A stretch of DNA of 64,000 nt, taken from positions 1 through 64,000 of IMG/VR virus record IMGVR_UViG_3300048818_000230; one strand, given 5' to 3'. Below the pieces are notes generated by a model that saw nothing but the letters and a program-made list of their open reading frames with translations, was not told where the DNA came from and did not search any database. How positions within the stretch are numbered: the stretch's first letter is position 1; the number at the start of each line of letters is the position of its first letter. Both the position numbers and the translations under genes were made by a program. This DNA is from a virus. Shown in pieces: positions 9,104-18,408 of the stretch.

Positions 9104-9298
9104 ATGGCCAAGAAGAATGATCTCGTCCGCGGGCCGATTGGCTGCTTCATCTGCGCGGCGCCAGTAGGGACGAGGGAAGCGCTCTTCGATGTCCACGCCG
9201 CCGGCGAGGACCACGACACCTACCGCCTATGCGAACGCTGTGGGCTCGTCGTGCTCGAGAAGATCGAGAGCTTGGCCAGATCTCGAGGCCCGCGATGA
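9104..9298 (+). CDS. small Cys-rich (zinc-ribbon-like) protein
   Basis: MAKKNDLVRGPIGCFICAAP...YRLCERCG carries CxxC ... CxxC. First gene after the promoter. Confidence 0.45.
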   Translation: MAKKNDLVRGPIGCFICAAPVGTREALFDVHAAGEDHDTYRLCERCGLVVLEKIESLARSRGPR

Positions 9299-9543
9299 GG
9301 GCTATGCCGCTAGCAGTTGCTCTTGCTACCGCCGTAGGAGTCATCGCCTACAAGCGGCGCAGGATGCTCGACGCCGTGGTCTGGGGGTACGTTGGCCGCC
9401 GGGTCGAGCCTTATGTCCCGGCGCGCCACTCCACGGTGCTTACGGGCCTGCATGTTGTTGGCGGTCAAAACGGGCCAGCGATCAACCTAGAGGCAGATGG
9501 CAGCGTCCGGTTTGCGCCGGGAACAAGGCTGAGTGGCGCGTGA
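9295..9543 (+). CDS. membrane-anchored hypothetical protein
   Basis: ATGA overlap. N-terminal MPLAVALATAVGVIAY helix. Confidence 0.4.
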   Translation: MRAMPLAVALATAVGVIAYKRRRMLDAVVWGYVGRRVEPYVPARHSTVLTGLHVVGGQNGPAINLEADGSVRFAPGTRLSGA

Positions 9544-9755
9544 CCGACGAGGACCGCAAGAGCGACTCCGAGGAGCCGAGCTGGTGGAATGGCGGTACGC
9601 CGCGCAAGACCTCGTTGAGTCTTCGCGTGGACGGCTGTTATCAGGGCGTCGAGGCACGGCTGCCGCTCAGCGACGGGACGTGGGACATTCACGTCTCGGA
9701 CTCGCGCGACTGCGTGATCCTGTTCGCCCGGCGCGACCGTGAGGCGCCGCTATGA
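9540..9755 (+). CDS. hypothetical protein
   Basis: GTGA overlap upstream, ATGA overlap downstream. Confidence 0.35.
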   Translation: MTDEDRKSDSEEPSWWNGGTPRKTSLSLRVDGCYQGVEARLPLSDGTWDIHVSDSRDCVILFARRDREAPL

Positions 9756-10057
9756 CCGAGGCTGAACGCCGCATCTACATCGGCGAGCTCGCAGAGATGG
9801 TCGACCGCCGCGTGAACACCGTAAGACAGTGGGAGCGCTCGGGCCGTCTTCCTGAGCATCTGCGGTCGATTCGCGCCGATACAGATAGCGGCCACGGTTG
9901 GCGCCACTGGACCCCTGAGCAGGTCGCCGAGATCGTCAAGTGGATGAAGAAGGAGCGTCTCTACCCCGGCGCCGGCCTGGCGAATTTCGATCCAGATCCA
10001 GCGCGCATCGAAGAGATGCTCGCTGCGCTGCGCTCGAAGAAGGGCGCGGCGGCGTAA
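9752..10057 (+). CDS. MerR/excisionase-type HTH DNA-binding protein
   Basis: YIGELAEMVDRRVNTVRQWERSGRLP is a typical MerR-like HTH. Confidence 0.55.
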   Translation: MTEAERRIYIGELAEMVDRRVNTVRQWERSGRLPEHLRSIRADTDSGHGWRHWTPEQVAEIVKWMKKERLYPGAGLANFDPDPARIEEMLAALRSKKGAAA

Positions 10058-10296
10058 TGGCGCAGGAAGCACGCAAGAACAGCGGATTCAGACTACGCCG
10101 CTGGGCTGTCTGGTCGCTGATCTACCGCGACGATCAGCTCGTCAGCGCAAAGCCACGCTCGCGTTGGTTCACACATCGCGGTGCCGAGCGCGAGGCTCGT
10201 CGCTTGGAGTGCGATCCAGGCATCCTGTCGCGGACGATCGAATCATGGGCTACGGGCCATCCGATTCGCTGCGAGTGCGAGGTACGGCCCGCATGA
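10057..10296 (+). CDS. hypothetical protein
   Basis: TAATG overlap, 79 aa. Confidence 0.4.
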   Translation: MAQEARKNSGFRLRRWAVWSLIYRDDQLVSAKPRSRWFTHRGAEREARRLECDPGILSRTIESWATGHPIRCECEVRPA

Positions 10297-10442
10297 TCTT
10301 CATCTGGACCGCGCTCATCGTTGTTCTCGTGTCGGCGTTGATCCGCTCTGAGGTTCGCCGCTACAAGGCCGGGAAGCTCGCCGGTCAGCTCATGATCGAT
10401 CGCGATCGTGCCTTCCGCCTGCGTCAACGCGGCGGAATGTGA
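10293..10442 (+). CDS. small membrane protein
   Basis: ATGA overlap. MIFIWTALIVVLVSALI helix. Confidence 0.35.
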   Translation: MIFIWTALIVVLVSALIRSEVRRYKAGKLAGQLMIDRDRAFRLRQRGGM

Positions 10443-10537
10443 TGAGGCTCTTCTGGTTCGCGATCTTCGTGCTCGTTCTTTGGGTGTTGATTGCGCTGGC
10501 CGTCGTCGGTTTCCTCGACGTAACGGGCCTGCGATGA
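10442..10537 (+). CDS. 31-aa single-pass membrane peptide (below ORF-track cutoff)
   Basis: Manual translation MRLFWFAIFVLVLWVLIALAVVGFLDVTGLR. Overlapping stop/start codons at both ends. Confidence 0.3.
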   Translation: MRLFWFAIFVLVLWVLIALAVVGFLDVTGLR

Positions 10538-10788
10538 GCAGCTCGGGCCAGAGCAGCGGCGTGCTGACGCCTGCACAGCTTGAGAGAGCCAAGCAACGAG
10601 GAGGGCGCGTGACCATCTCAATCAGCGTGACCCCGGAGATCTATGGACGTATCTGCGAACTCGCGTGTGATGGCGACTTCAAACCGGGGCGTCTAGCTGG
10701 AGATTTGCTTGGCGAACTCGTCCCAACGATCACGAGCGTGCGCGCCCGCTTGCAGATCACTCGCGAGAAGAAGCTCGATGCCTCCTGA
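10534..10788 (+). CDS. hypothetical protein
   Basis: ATGA overlap, 84 aa. Confidence 0.4.
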   Translation: MSSSGQSSGVLTPAQLERAKQRGGRVTISISVTPEIYGRICELACDGDFKPGRLAGDLLGELVPTITSVRARLQITREKKLDAS

Positions 10789-10809
10789 CCTGTCCAGCGG
10801 TATCGCGCG

Positions 10810-10971
10810 ATGAGCAAGCGCCAAGCCAAGCGGACGAAGCAAGGACTCCAGACTCGTCAGCGGGACTTCGATCTGACGAGCGCGGGGACGCGCCAAGGCC
10901 GAACTCGTCCGGGGTCATTGAACCGCAAGAAGGGCGGATCCTCGAACGCCAGCAGGAAGGGCAAGCGCTGA
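10810..10971 (+). CDS. 53-aa highly basic protein (below ORF-track cutoff)
   Basis: Manual translation MSKRQAKRTKQGLQTRQRDFDLTSAGTRQGRTRPGSLNRKKGGSSNASRKGKR. TGATG overlap with the next gene. Confidence 0.35.
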   Translation: MSKRQAKRTKQGLQTRQRDFDLTSAGTRQGRTRPGSLNRKKGGSSNASRKGKR

Positions 10972-11267
10972 TGCCCACTCCTAACGAGCGCTTCAACGAT
11001 CTCTTCACGACGCGGGCGGTCATCGTCGATCTCCCGGTCGGTGTCGAACGGCGCGTCAAGGCATACCTGCATCGGCTCAATGCAGAGCTTGTGAGCAACA
11101 ACTACGAGGACATGCTGGTCCATCTCAACGACGACTTCGATCTGGCGATGACGTTGGTCTCGCTCGCCGAGCAGTCGCTCGAGCGCTCCGAGGAAGAGAT
11201 CGGCACGCGCTATGACACGTGCACGGGACGACCCGTTGCCGAACTTGAACAACTAGAGGAGGCATAA
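10971..11267 (+). CDS. hypothetical protein
   Basis: 98-aa ORF in the operon. Confidence 0.45.
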   Translation: MPTPNERFNDLFTTRAVIVDLPVGVERRVKAYLHRLNAELVSNNYEDMLVHLNDDFDLAMTLVSLAEQSLERSEEEIGTRYDTCTGRPVAELEQLEEA

Positions 11268-11269
11268 CG

Positions 11270-11635
11270 ATGGCCGGAGGGGCGGAAGGACCGCAGACTC
11301 GACAGGCTCTTGCTGATGGCGAGCGCACAGGAAACGTCTCGCTGAAGGGAGATGACTTCGATTGGCCGCGAGACATGCGCAACAACCCGATGATCAAGAT
11401 CACCTGCGCTGCAGCAGAACTCATCCCTACCGTCCAGTACGGCAACGTCACCGTCGGCCCCGTGACCGTGACGCGCTTCGTGCGCGATCTCGGCGATCAG
11501 AATGAGCTCGAGCCCGAGGATCTGCTCAAGCAGATCAATGCCGTCCAGACCGTCTGCGAGCGCGCGGTGGCTGAGGAGCGCCAGAGCATCCAGGCGCTTA
11601 TGCGCTCACGTATCGAGCGTTCAGCAGCAGCGTAG
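11270..11635 (+). CDS. hypothetical protein
   Basis: 121-aa ORF, GAGGAGG upstream. Confidence 0.45.
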   Translation: MAGGAEGPQTRQALADGERTGNVSLKGDDFDWPRDMRNNPMIKITCAAAELIPTVQYGNVTVGPVTVTRFVRDLGDQNELEPEDLLKQINAVQTVCERAVAEERQSIQALMRSRIERSAAA

Positions 11636-11638
11636 CCG

Positions 11639-12907
11639 GTGAACATTGAGAAGGCGTGTCTCGCCAAAGCTCTTCAGGTTGGTGGGATCGCAACGCTGCT
11701 CGCGCGCGGGATCGAACCACATCTGTTCAGTTCCACACCAGAGGGCCAAGCCGACGCGGAGGTCTTCCAGTGGGCTGCGGAGCATGCGCGCCGGCACAAC
11801 GTCTCTCCATCCCCAGCCTTCGTCAAGGAACGCTGGCCGAACTGGCACGGAGAGTCCTCCTCGGATCCGCTCGAGGCGCTCGTCGATGCCTTCGTCGGCA
11901 ACGTCAAACGTCGCTACTTCGCCTCGAAGGTGCGCGAGTTGGCGGTCGCCGGCGACGATCCTGCGCAGTGGGGGCGCCTTGACGAGGTTCTGATCGACGC
12001 TAGCAGGGATTTCGCCTCGCTGATTTCCTCTTCGCGCGCGTCGAGGCTCTCGGAGATGGAAGCGCGGATCGCTCAGTACGAGATCGAGAAAGCAACTGGG
12101 CAGCCTCCTGGGTTCGAGCTTGGGATTCCTGCGTTCGACGAGATGATTGGTGGGATCAGACCTGGAAACGTCGTCGTTTTGAGCGGATTTTTGGGAATCG
12201 GCAAGTCGGCACTCGGAGGATGGATCACTCTGAATGTCGTCGAACAGGGTCATTCAGCGCTCTTCCTGTCGCTTGAGATGAGTCGGCGTGAGGTGCTCGA
12301 GCGCATCGACACGATGATCACCCACTTCTCGCACAAGCTGCTGCGGATCCAGCAGCTACCGGACGAGGAAGTGGCCAAATGGCGCCGTCTGGCCAAGCAA
12401 TTCCGCGCGCTCGAGCACGATCTCGTCGTCCTCGACGGACTCGGCGGCCTGACGATCGACCGTCTTTACGCCGAGATCAGCCGACACAAGCCCCACTTCA
12501 CGGTCGTCGACTACGTCCAGCTCATGCGGCGCTCGAGAGCATCGATGCAGTCCTGGGAAGGGCTCGTCGAGATCACCAACGAGTGTAAGTCGATCGCGCT
12601 GGCCACCGAGAGCGTGATCATGCTCGTCAGTCAGGACAACCGCGAGGCCGCCGCGGGCGGATCGACGCTTGCGAGCATCGGCGGCTCGATCTCCGTCGGC
12701 CAGGTCGGCGATGTCTACCTCGGCATGCACCAAGACGACGAGATGCGCGCGCAGAATCGTATGGCCGTGAAGCTGCTCAAGGTGCGCAGCGGCCCGAGAG
12801 ACAAGACCGTTGATCTCCTCTGGGATCCGGCGCACATGCGCTTCGGAGCCGCACTGGAAGGCGCAGAGGCGTTCACGAGGGATGCTCCGCGCGATGCCCC
12901 GGCGTGA
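11639..12907 (+). CDS. dnaB: DnaB-family replicative helicase
   Basis: Walker A GFLGIGKSALG, SLEMS, Walker B FTVVDYVQLM, SQDNR (H3). Confidence 0.85.
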   Translation: MNIEKACLAKALQVGGIATLLARGIEPHLFSSTPEGQADAEVFQWAAEHARRHNVSPSPAFVKERWPNWHGESSSDPLEALVDAFVGNVKRRYFASKVRELAVAGDDPAQWGRLDEVLIDASRDFASLISSSRASRLSEMEARIAQYEIEKATGQPPGFELGIPAFDEMIGGIRPGNVVVLSGFLGIGKSALGGWITLNVVEQGHSALFLSLEMSRREVLERIDTMITHFSHKLLRIQQLPDEEVAKWRRLAKQFRALEHDLVVLDGLGGLTIDRLYAEISRHKPHFTVVDYVQLMRRSRASMQSWEGLVEITNECKSIALATESVIMLVSQDNREAAAGGSTLASIGGSISVGQVGDVYLGMHQDDEMRAQNRMAVKLLKVRSGPRDKTVDLLWDPAHMRFGAALEGAEAFTRDAPRDAPA

Positions 12908-13907
12908 TCTCTCCTATGTCGACGCCGAGGATCTGCTCCGAGCGACCGGCACGAAGCGAGTCAACCGTTCTGGCAACGAGATCGATTTCAGTTGTCCTTC
13001 TGCAAATCATCTGAACGGCGATCAGACACCCAGCGCGCGCATGAATGCGCAAACGACCCTCTGGCTGTGCCACAACCCAGCTTGCGGCCTGCGTGGGGAT
13101 GCCATAACGTTTCTTGTCGCCTTCCATGGCCTGACCGAGTCCGAGGCACAGCGTGTCATCGACGAGCGCTACGGTGGCTCTCAGCTCTCCGTGGAGGCTG
13201 GTGGTCTGCAGGCTGAGGTCGAGCGGATCATCGGCGGTCCGATCGCGGACGATCTCAGACGCGTGGCTCCCGATGGAGTATGGCTCGAGCGTTTCTGTAT
13301 TGCATTCTGGGCCACTCCGCAGGCGCTGAACTACATGGACGAGCGTGGTTTCTGGCCGGAGACGCTCGAGGCTTGGCAGATCGGCTGGGACGAGCTGTCG
13401 CAGCGCATCGCTATCCCGGTGTTCGACGAAGACGGTGCTCTGATCGGATTCAAGGGCCGCGCGTGGCACGAGAGCCAGCACCCGAAGTACCTGCATCTGG
13501 GCGATTCTCGTAATCGGAGCACGCCGCGATACGGCTTCGATACCTACGCCAAGAGCAAAGTCGTCTTCGCGCTCGATTGCGCGCAAGGCCAGAGAGCGGT
13601 CATCGTCGAAGGCGAGCTCAACGCGATCATGCTCCACCAGCACGGCGAGACCGGAGCAGTCTCGGTCGCCGGCTCAGAGTTCTCGCAGACCCAGGCCGAG
13701 CTGATCATCCGGCGCTTCTCCTCGGCGGTCGTCTACTTCGACGGCGACGAAGCCGGCCGACATGGCACTAAGAAGGTCGTCGAAGCACTCTCTCCCTACC
13801 TCCCGGTCTCGATCGTTGTCGATCCTCCTGACGATGCTGCGGCGCTTGGTGCCGATGCGATCGCGCTGATTGCTGGCGCGATTCCTGCTTTACAAGCTGC
13901 GATCTAG
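12882..13907 (+). CDS. dnaG: DnaG-type DNA primase (CHC2 zinc finger + TOPRIM)
   Basis: FSCPSANHLNGDQTPSARMN...LCHNPACGLRGD zinc finger; VIVEGELNAIML and VYFDGDEAG TOPRIM motifs. Start is 12882 or 12894. Confidence 0.8.
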   Translation: MLRAMPRRDLSYVDAEDLLRATGTKRVNRSGNEIDFSCPSANHLNGDQTPSARMNAQTTLWLCHNPACGLRGDAITFLVAFHGLTESEAQRVIDERYGGSQLSVEAGGLQAEVERIIGGPIADDLRRVAPDGVWLERFCIAFWATPQALNYMDERGFWPETLEAWQIGWDELSQRIAIPVFDEDGALIGFKGRAWHESQHPKYLHLGDSRNRSTPRYGFDTYAKSKVVFALDCAQGQRAVIVEGELNAIMLHQHGETGAVSVAGSEFSQTQAELIIRRFSSAVVYFDGDEAGRHGTKKVVEALSPYLPVSIVVDPPDDAAALGADAIALIAGAIPALQAAI

Positions 13908-13917
13908 CAGCTAAGCT
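13889..13917 (+). promoter_or_regulatory. promoter TTTACA-N17-TAAGCT
   Basis: Counted directly. Lies in the 3' end of the primase gene, upstream of the small basic ORF and the SSB gene. Confidence 0.4.
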
Positions 13918-13955
13918 ATCGGGCGAGATTTCAACTCGACAGAGGAGGTCAAGCC

Positions 13956-14078
13956 ATGGCCGACAAGCCGAAGCCCAAGAGCAAGCAGCCATTCGGTGGT
14001 AAGCAAGCAGCTCCGTTTAAGGCCGGACGCGGACGGGTCAAGAAGCCGGCTGCGAAGCCCGCGCCGAAGAAGAAGTAG
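13956..14078 (+). CDS. 40-aa lysine-rich basic peptide (below ORF-track cutoff)
   Basis: GAGGAGG 7 nt upstream. MADKPKPKSKQPFGGKQAAPFKAGRGRVKKPAAKPAPKKK. Confidence 0.4.
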   Translation: MADKPKPKSKQPFGGKQAAPFKAGRGRVKKPAAKPAPKKK

Positions 14079-14126
14079 ACCAACCCGCAGCCCATCGAAG
14101 GCTGCCGCAAGTAAAGGAGAAAACGC

Positions 14127-14912
14127 ATGCCAACTGGCATCGAGGCTTTTCAACGCAAGCAGGCTGCAAAGAAGCAACAGCAGGCCGCGCAAGGCGGCGG
14201 CGGTAGTAGCATCAAGGCTGACTGGTTCGGGCTCAAGGGGGGCACCTTTGCGGTGGTTCGTTTTCTCGAGCAGGGGAACGATCTGACCTTCGCTGATGTT
14301 CATCGGATCCCGGTCGGTCGTCGCTGGCCAGCTGACTTCATCTGCCTCGACACTAATGACGATGGCACACCATGTCCCGCCTGCCAGAGCGAGAACAACG
14401 ACATTCGTCGGCGCACGACGAAGGGTTTTCTCAACTTGATCTGGCGTGAAGGTCCGGTCTACGAGCGCAATGATTTCGGGACACCCAAGAAGAACGGAAC
14501 CGATCCTATTATCACTGGTCGCGCCGATGGCGTTTTTCTCTGGAAATGCTCCGGCACTGTGTATCAGGAACTAGTCGAGAAGGACTCGAAGTACAAGGGT
14601 CTAATGTCACGCGATTTCGAGATCAAGCGGGTCGGCACGACGAAGGACGACACCAAGTATTTCATCGATCCGGCCGATGTAGATGGCGGTCAACAGCCGA
14701 TGACGATCGCCGATCAAGCCCTCGCCGAGAAGAAGTACAACCTGATCGAGCTGACGACACCGCTCAGCTTCCAGGACTTCTCGATCGCGATGGTCGGAGC
14801 GCCGGCGACGGAAGGCCCGCAGCCAACGATGGATCGGAGCCAGCTCACTACGGCTGACAACGTGTTCCAAGGCGCGCCCCCAGTCCGTGCGAGCGCCTTC
14901 ACGCGCGGCTAA
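14127..14912 (+). CDS. putative gp32-like single-stranded DNA-binding protein
   Basis: AAGGAGA RBS. Cys cluster FICLDTNDDGTPCPACQ resembles the zinc site of T4 gp32-family SSBs. Sits between the primase and polymerase genes. Confidence 0.45.
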   Translation: MPTGIEAFQRKQAAKKQQQAAQGGGGSSIKADWFGLKGGTFAVVRFLEQGNDLTFADVHRIPVGRRWPADFICLDTNDDGTPCPACQSENNDIRRRTTKGFLNLIWREGPVYERNDFGTPKKNGTDPIITGRADGVFLWKCSGTVYQELVEKDSKYKGLMSRDFEIKRVGTTKDDTKYFIDPADVDGGQQPMTIADQALAEKKYNLIELTTPLSFQDFSIAMVGAPATEGPQPTMDRSQLTTADNVFQGAPPVRASAFTRG

Positions 14913-14917
14913 GACCG

Positions 14918-15181
14918 ATGACGCGTGAACTGGTGGATGTCGCGCCGATACGTGTTGCGTGCGAGAAAGCGATGGCCGTGAGGCAGTTTGAGAGCTGGGC
15001 GGCTATCGCTGCAGCTTGTGGCTATATCCATTCGGGCTCGACTAAGGGGGACGTTTCTCGTCTTAGACGCCGATTAGGTGCTACCCAATGCGATGGCCGA
15101 AAGTCGATGCATATTAGCTATGAGGTTGCGCTGCTCATCGTCAATGCTCTAGGGCTGGATCCTGTCGACTTCGATCTGTGA
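14918..15181 (+). CDS. small HTH-like protein, paralog of 512..790
   Basis: QFESWAAIAAACGY...ALGLDPVDFDL. ATGA-coupled to dnaE. Confidence 0.55.
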   Translation: MTRELVDVAPIRVACEKAMAVRQFESWAAIAAACGYIHSGSTKGDVSRLRRRLGATQCDGRKSMHISYEVALLIVNALGLDPVDFDL

Positions 15182-18100
15182 TGGATTTCTGCAATCTGCA
15201 CAGACACAGCGATGCTTCGCCACTCGACGGTGCTGGTACGAGCTGGCAGTTTGCTGAGCGGGCTGCGGAGTTCGGGCAAACATATCTTGCGCAGACAGAT
15301 CACGCCACCATGGGAGGTGCCTTGAAGCATCTCAAGGCGTGTCAGGAGAACGGAATCATTCCGATCCAAGGCGTTGAAGCGTATTGGCGTCCTGATCGTC
15401 ATGTACGCGGCGCCGAGTGGCGCTATCGAAGATGGCACATGGTCTTGTTGGCGACGAATCTCAAGGGCTGGCACAACTTGATCAGAATTACGTCGGCGAG
15501 CTATGTCGATGGCTTTTACCAGAATCCGTGCGTAGACTGGGAATTGCTCGAGCAGTATCAAGAAGGTCTCATCTGTACTACGGCGTGTGCTCTTGGCCCG
15601 GTCGCCTATCTGCTCGAGAACGGAACAGATCAGACCGTCAACGACTTCCTTGATCGGGCGCTGGAGATCTTCGGTGACCGCTTCTTCGTCGAGCTGATGC
15701 CTCACGATTGGGACCGGCAACGCTCGCTGAATCTCGAGCTTGTGTCGCTTGCAGATTGTCGAGGAATCGGTTACTACGCCACCGTCGACTCCCACTACGT
15801 CGATGCAGACTGGGCCGATACGCAGAAGATCATTACGCTGATCGGCACCAACACCACCGTCGCTGAGGCTGCGGCGAAGAACCGTGAGCGGCTCGAGCAT
15901 GGCGACGAGGTCTACGAGCTCGGCCACGAGGGACTGCATCTGATGTCCGGTGACGAGGTCCGCGAGCGCTTCATGCGCTTTCATCCTGATCTCGGAGCAC
16001 AGGTCGTCGATCGCGCCATCGCAACGACGATGGATGTGGCTCGAATGGTCAAGCCCTACCTCATGGATCGTGCGCTGAAGATGCCCAAGAGCGTCGAGGA
16101 TCCAGAGCGCGACATCATCGTGTGGTGCCGTCAGGGCATGGAGCGCATCGGGAAGGCCGGCGACGATGTCTACGAGCGCCAGCTCGACTACGAACTCTCG
16201 GTCATCCGTGCGCGCAAGAACTTCTCCTACATGTGGCTCGTCGGGGACCTCGTGCGTTGGGCAAAGTCCGATGCAGCGCTGCCGCCGTCCGAGGATGAGC
16301 CGAATCCGCAGCCCAAGAAGCCGATCAGGATTGGCCCAGGACGAGGATCAGCCGCTGGCTCGCTGGTTTCCTACCTCTGCGGCATCACGTCGATCGATCC
16401 TCTGCGCCACAAGCTCAAGTTTGAACGCTTCCTGAATCCTGAGCGTCACGGGCTGCCCGATGTCGATATCGACTTCGAGTCGGTGAAGGTCGATGGCTAC
16501 AACCGCCGGCCAGAGTGCAAGGAGTATCTCGTGCGCAAGCACGGCCGCGGCGCCGTCGCTGACGTCGTTTCCTATTCGACCTACCAGCCGCGTGCAGCGA
16601 TCAAGGACGTAGCTCGGATCATGGGCATCGACTTCAAGCGCACTGAGGACGTCATCAAGCTGATTGATCCCGTGCAGGACTCCGATCTCGAGGAGATGTG
16701 CGGTCGAATCCCTGCGCTCTATACGTGGTCACGTGACTTTCCTGAGGCGTGGACGCACGCTTCGCGCCTCGAGAACGCTGGAAATGCGCTGGTCTCGAGG
16801 ATGAGCAAACACGCTGCAGGAGTCGTGATCGTTCCCGGCGACGTTGTCGACTTCATGCCGGTTGTGCGAGCTGCCGAAGGCGAGATCGGCTACCGGACTG
16901 CCTGGTCGGAGACGCCTCAGATCTCGATCTGCGATGACTTCGGCTTCGTGAAGATCGACATCCTCGGTCTCGCCGGCATCGCGCGGCAGCAGATGGCGAT
17001 CGATTCCATCCGCGAGCTGAGCGGAGAGGTCGTCGATCTCGATGCGTTGCCGGCGCTGCGTGATCCCTATGACGTGGATCCCGAGGTCATGCGCGTCTTT
17101 CAAGACGGCCATACGCTCGGACTCAACCAGTTCGGTGGCGGCAACATCACCTCGTTTCTGCGTCAGATGCGGCCGGAGAATATCGTCGACCTCGCTGCCG
17201 CCAACGCTCTTTTCCGCCCTGGACCGATCGGCAGCGGCGCTCCGTGGAGCTACGCCAAGCGCAAGAACGGCGAGGAAGAATGGGAAGTCCCCGATCAGCT
17301 CAAGGATGTGCTCGGCGAGACCTACGGGATTTGTTGCTTTCAGGAGCAGGTCATGGAGGTCTTCCAAGTGCTCGCTGGCTACTCGGCTGGCCGCGCAGAT
17401 GATGTCCGCAAGATCATCGCGAAGCTCTATCGGGAGAAGGGTGACCGCGCCAAGCGCGAGCTGCGTGCGCTCTACGAGGAGTTCGAACCAAAAGCGCGCG
17501 AGAGAGATATGTCGTCCGAGCAGATCGCCGACATCTGGGCGCAGATCCTTCCCTTCTCGGGCTACTCATTCGGCCGAGGACATGCCTCTGGCTACAGTTG
17601 TCAGGGCTACCAGGATGCCTACCTCAAGCGCTACTACCCGATCCATTTTTACGCGGCGCTGCTGACCACCTCGAACGACCTCGCGTTGCAGGCCACGCGC
17701 GAGGCACGCTTCTTCGACGTCGGTGTACTACCGCCAGACATCAACATCTCCCGTCCCGGCTTCACGGTCGACTACGAGAGCAACGCTCTGCGCTACGGGT
17801 TGTGCAGCGTCAAGGGCGTCGGAGATGCTGCGGCTGAACAGGTGATCGCCGATCGTCCCTACGCGAGCCTCGAGGACTTCGAGCAGCGTTCCTCGCGCAA
17901 GTACAGCAAGGTCAACAAGGGTTCCCGCGAGAAGCTCCTGCAGGTCGGAGCGCTCGATTGCTTCGGCGCGCGCATCACTTGGGATCCGATCGACCGCGCG
18001 AAGGCTGAGCTCGAGCTGCTCGGCGTCGCGCTCGAGCCCGGTGGTCTGCTTGGCGAGGATGCTGCGCTGATCTGGGAGAACGTCTACACCGAGCAGGAGA

Positions 18101-18408
18101 TCGAAGAGCTGCCAGAGGATTCCGACGTGATCATCGGCGGCGCCGTCATCGAGACGCGCACGACCACTGTCAAGCGCGGCCGGCAGAAAGGCGAGGAGAT
18201 GGCTTTCGTGAAGCTGAGTCTCGATCTCGAGAGCTACAGCATCACGTGCTTCCCCGATGCATGGGCTTCGATGCGGTCTCTGGTTGAGTCTGGCGAGATG
18301 CTGCTGGTACGTGGTCGTTGCGATGATCGTGGCTCGATCATCGCCCAGCGAATGATGAAAATGGACGACTACATTTCCCAAAAAAGAGAACAGGTGGTGG
18401 CTGCATAG
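15178..18408 (+). CDS. dnaE: DNA polymerase III alpha subunit (DnaE-type, PHP domain)
   Basis: PHP LHRHSDASPLDG; palm GPGRGSAAGSLVSYLCGITSIDPL and LPDVDIDFE; 1076 aa. Confidence 0.9.
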   Translation: MMDFCNLHRHSDASPLDGAGTSWQFAERAAEFGQTYLAQTDHATMGGALKHLKACQENGIIPIQGVEAYWRPDRHVRGAEWRYRRWHMVLLATNLKGWHNLIRITSASYVDGFYQNPCVDWELLEQYQEGLICTTACALGPVAYLLENGTDQTVNDFLDRALEIFGDRFFVELMPHDWDRQRSLNLELVSLADCRGIGYYATVDSHYVDADWADTQKIITLIGTNTTVAEAAAKNRERLEHGDEVYELGHEGLHLMSGDEVRERFMRFHPDLGAQVVDRAIATTMDVARMVKPYLMDRALKMPKSVEDPERDIIVWCRQGMERIGKAGDDVYERQLDYELSVIRARKNFSYMWLVGDLVRWAKSDAALPPSEDEPNPQPKKPIRIGPGRGSAAGSLVSYLCGITSIDPLRHKLKFERFLNPERHGLPDVDIDFESVKVDGYNRRPECKEYLVRKHGRGAVADVVSYSTYQPRAAIKDVARIMGIDFKRTEDVIKLIDPVQDSDLEEMCGRIPALYTWSRDFPEAWTHASRLENAGNALVSRMSKHAAGVVIVPGDVVDFMPVVRAAEGEIGYRTAWSETPQISICDDFGFVKIDILGLAGIARQQMAIDSIRELSGEVVDLDALPALRDPYDVDPEVMRVFQDGHTLGLNQFGGGNITSFLRQMRPENIVDLAAANALFRPGPIGSGAPWSYAKRKNGEEEWEVPDQLKDVLGETYGICCFQEQVMEVFQVLAGYSAGRADDVRKIIAKLYREKGDRAKRELRALYEEFEPKARERDMSSEQIADIWAQILPFSGYSFGRGHASGYSCQGYQDAYLKRYYPIHFYAALLTTSNDLALQATREARFFDVGVLPPDINISRPGFTVDYESNALRYGLCSVKGVGDAAAEQVIADRPYASLEDFEQRSSRKYSKVNKGSREKLLQVGALDCFGARITWDPIDRAKAELELLGVALEPGGLLGEDAALIWENVYTEQEIEELPEDSDVIIGGAVIETRTTTVKRGRQKGEEMAFVKLSLDLESYSITCFPDAWASMRSLVESGEMLLVRGRCDDRGSIIAQRMMKMDDYISQKREQVVAA

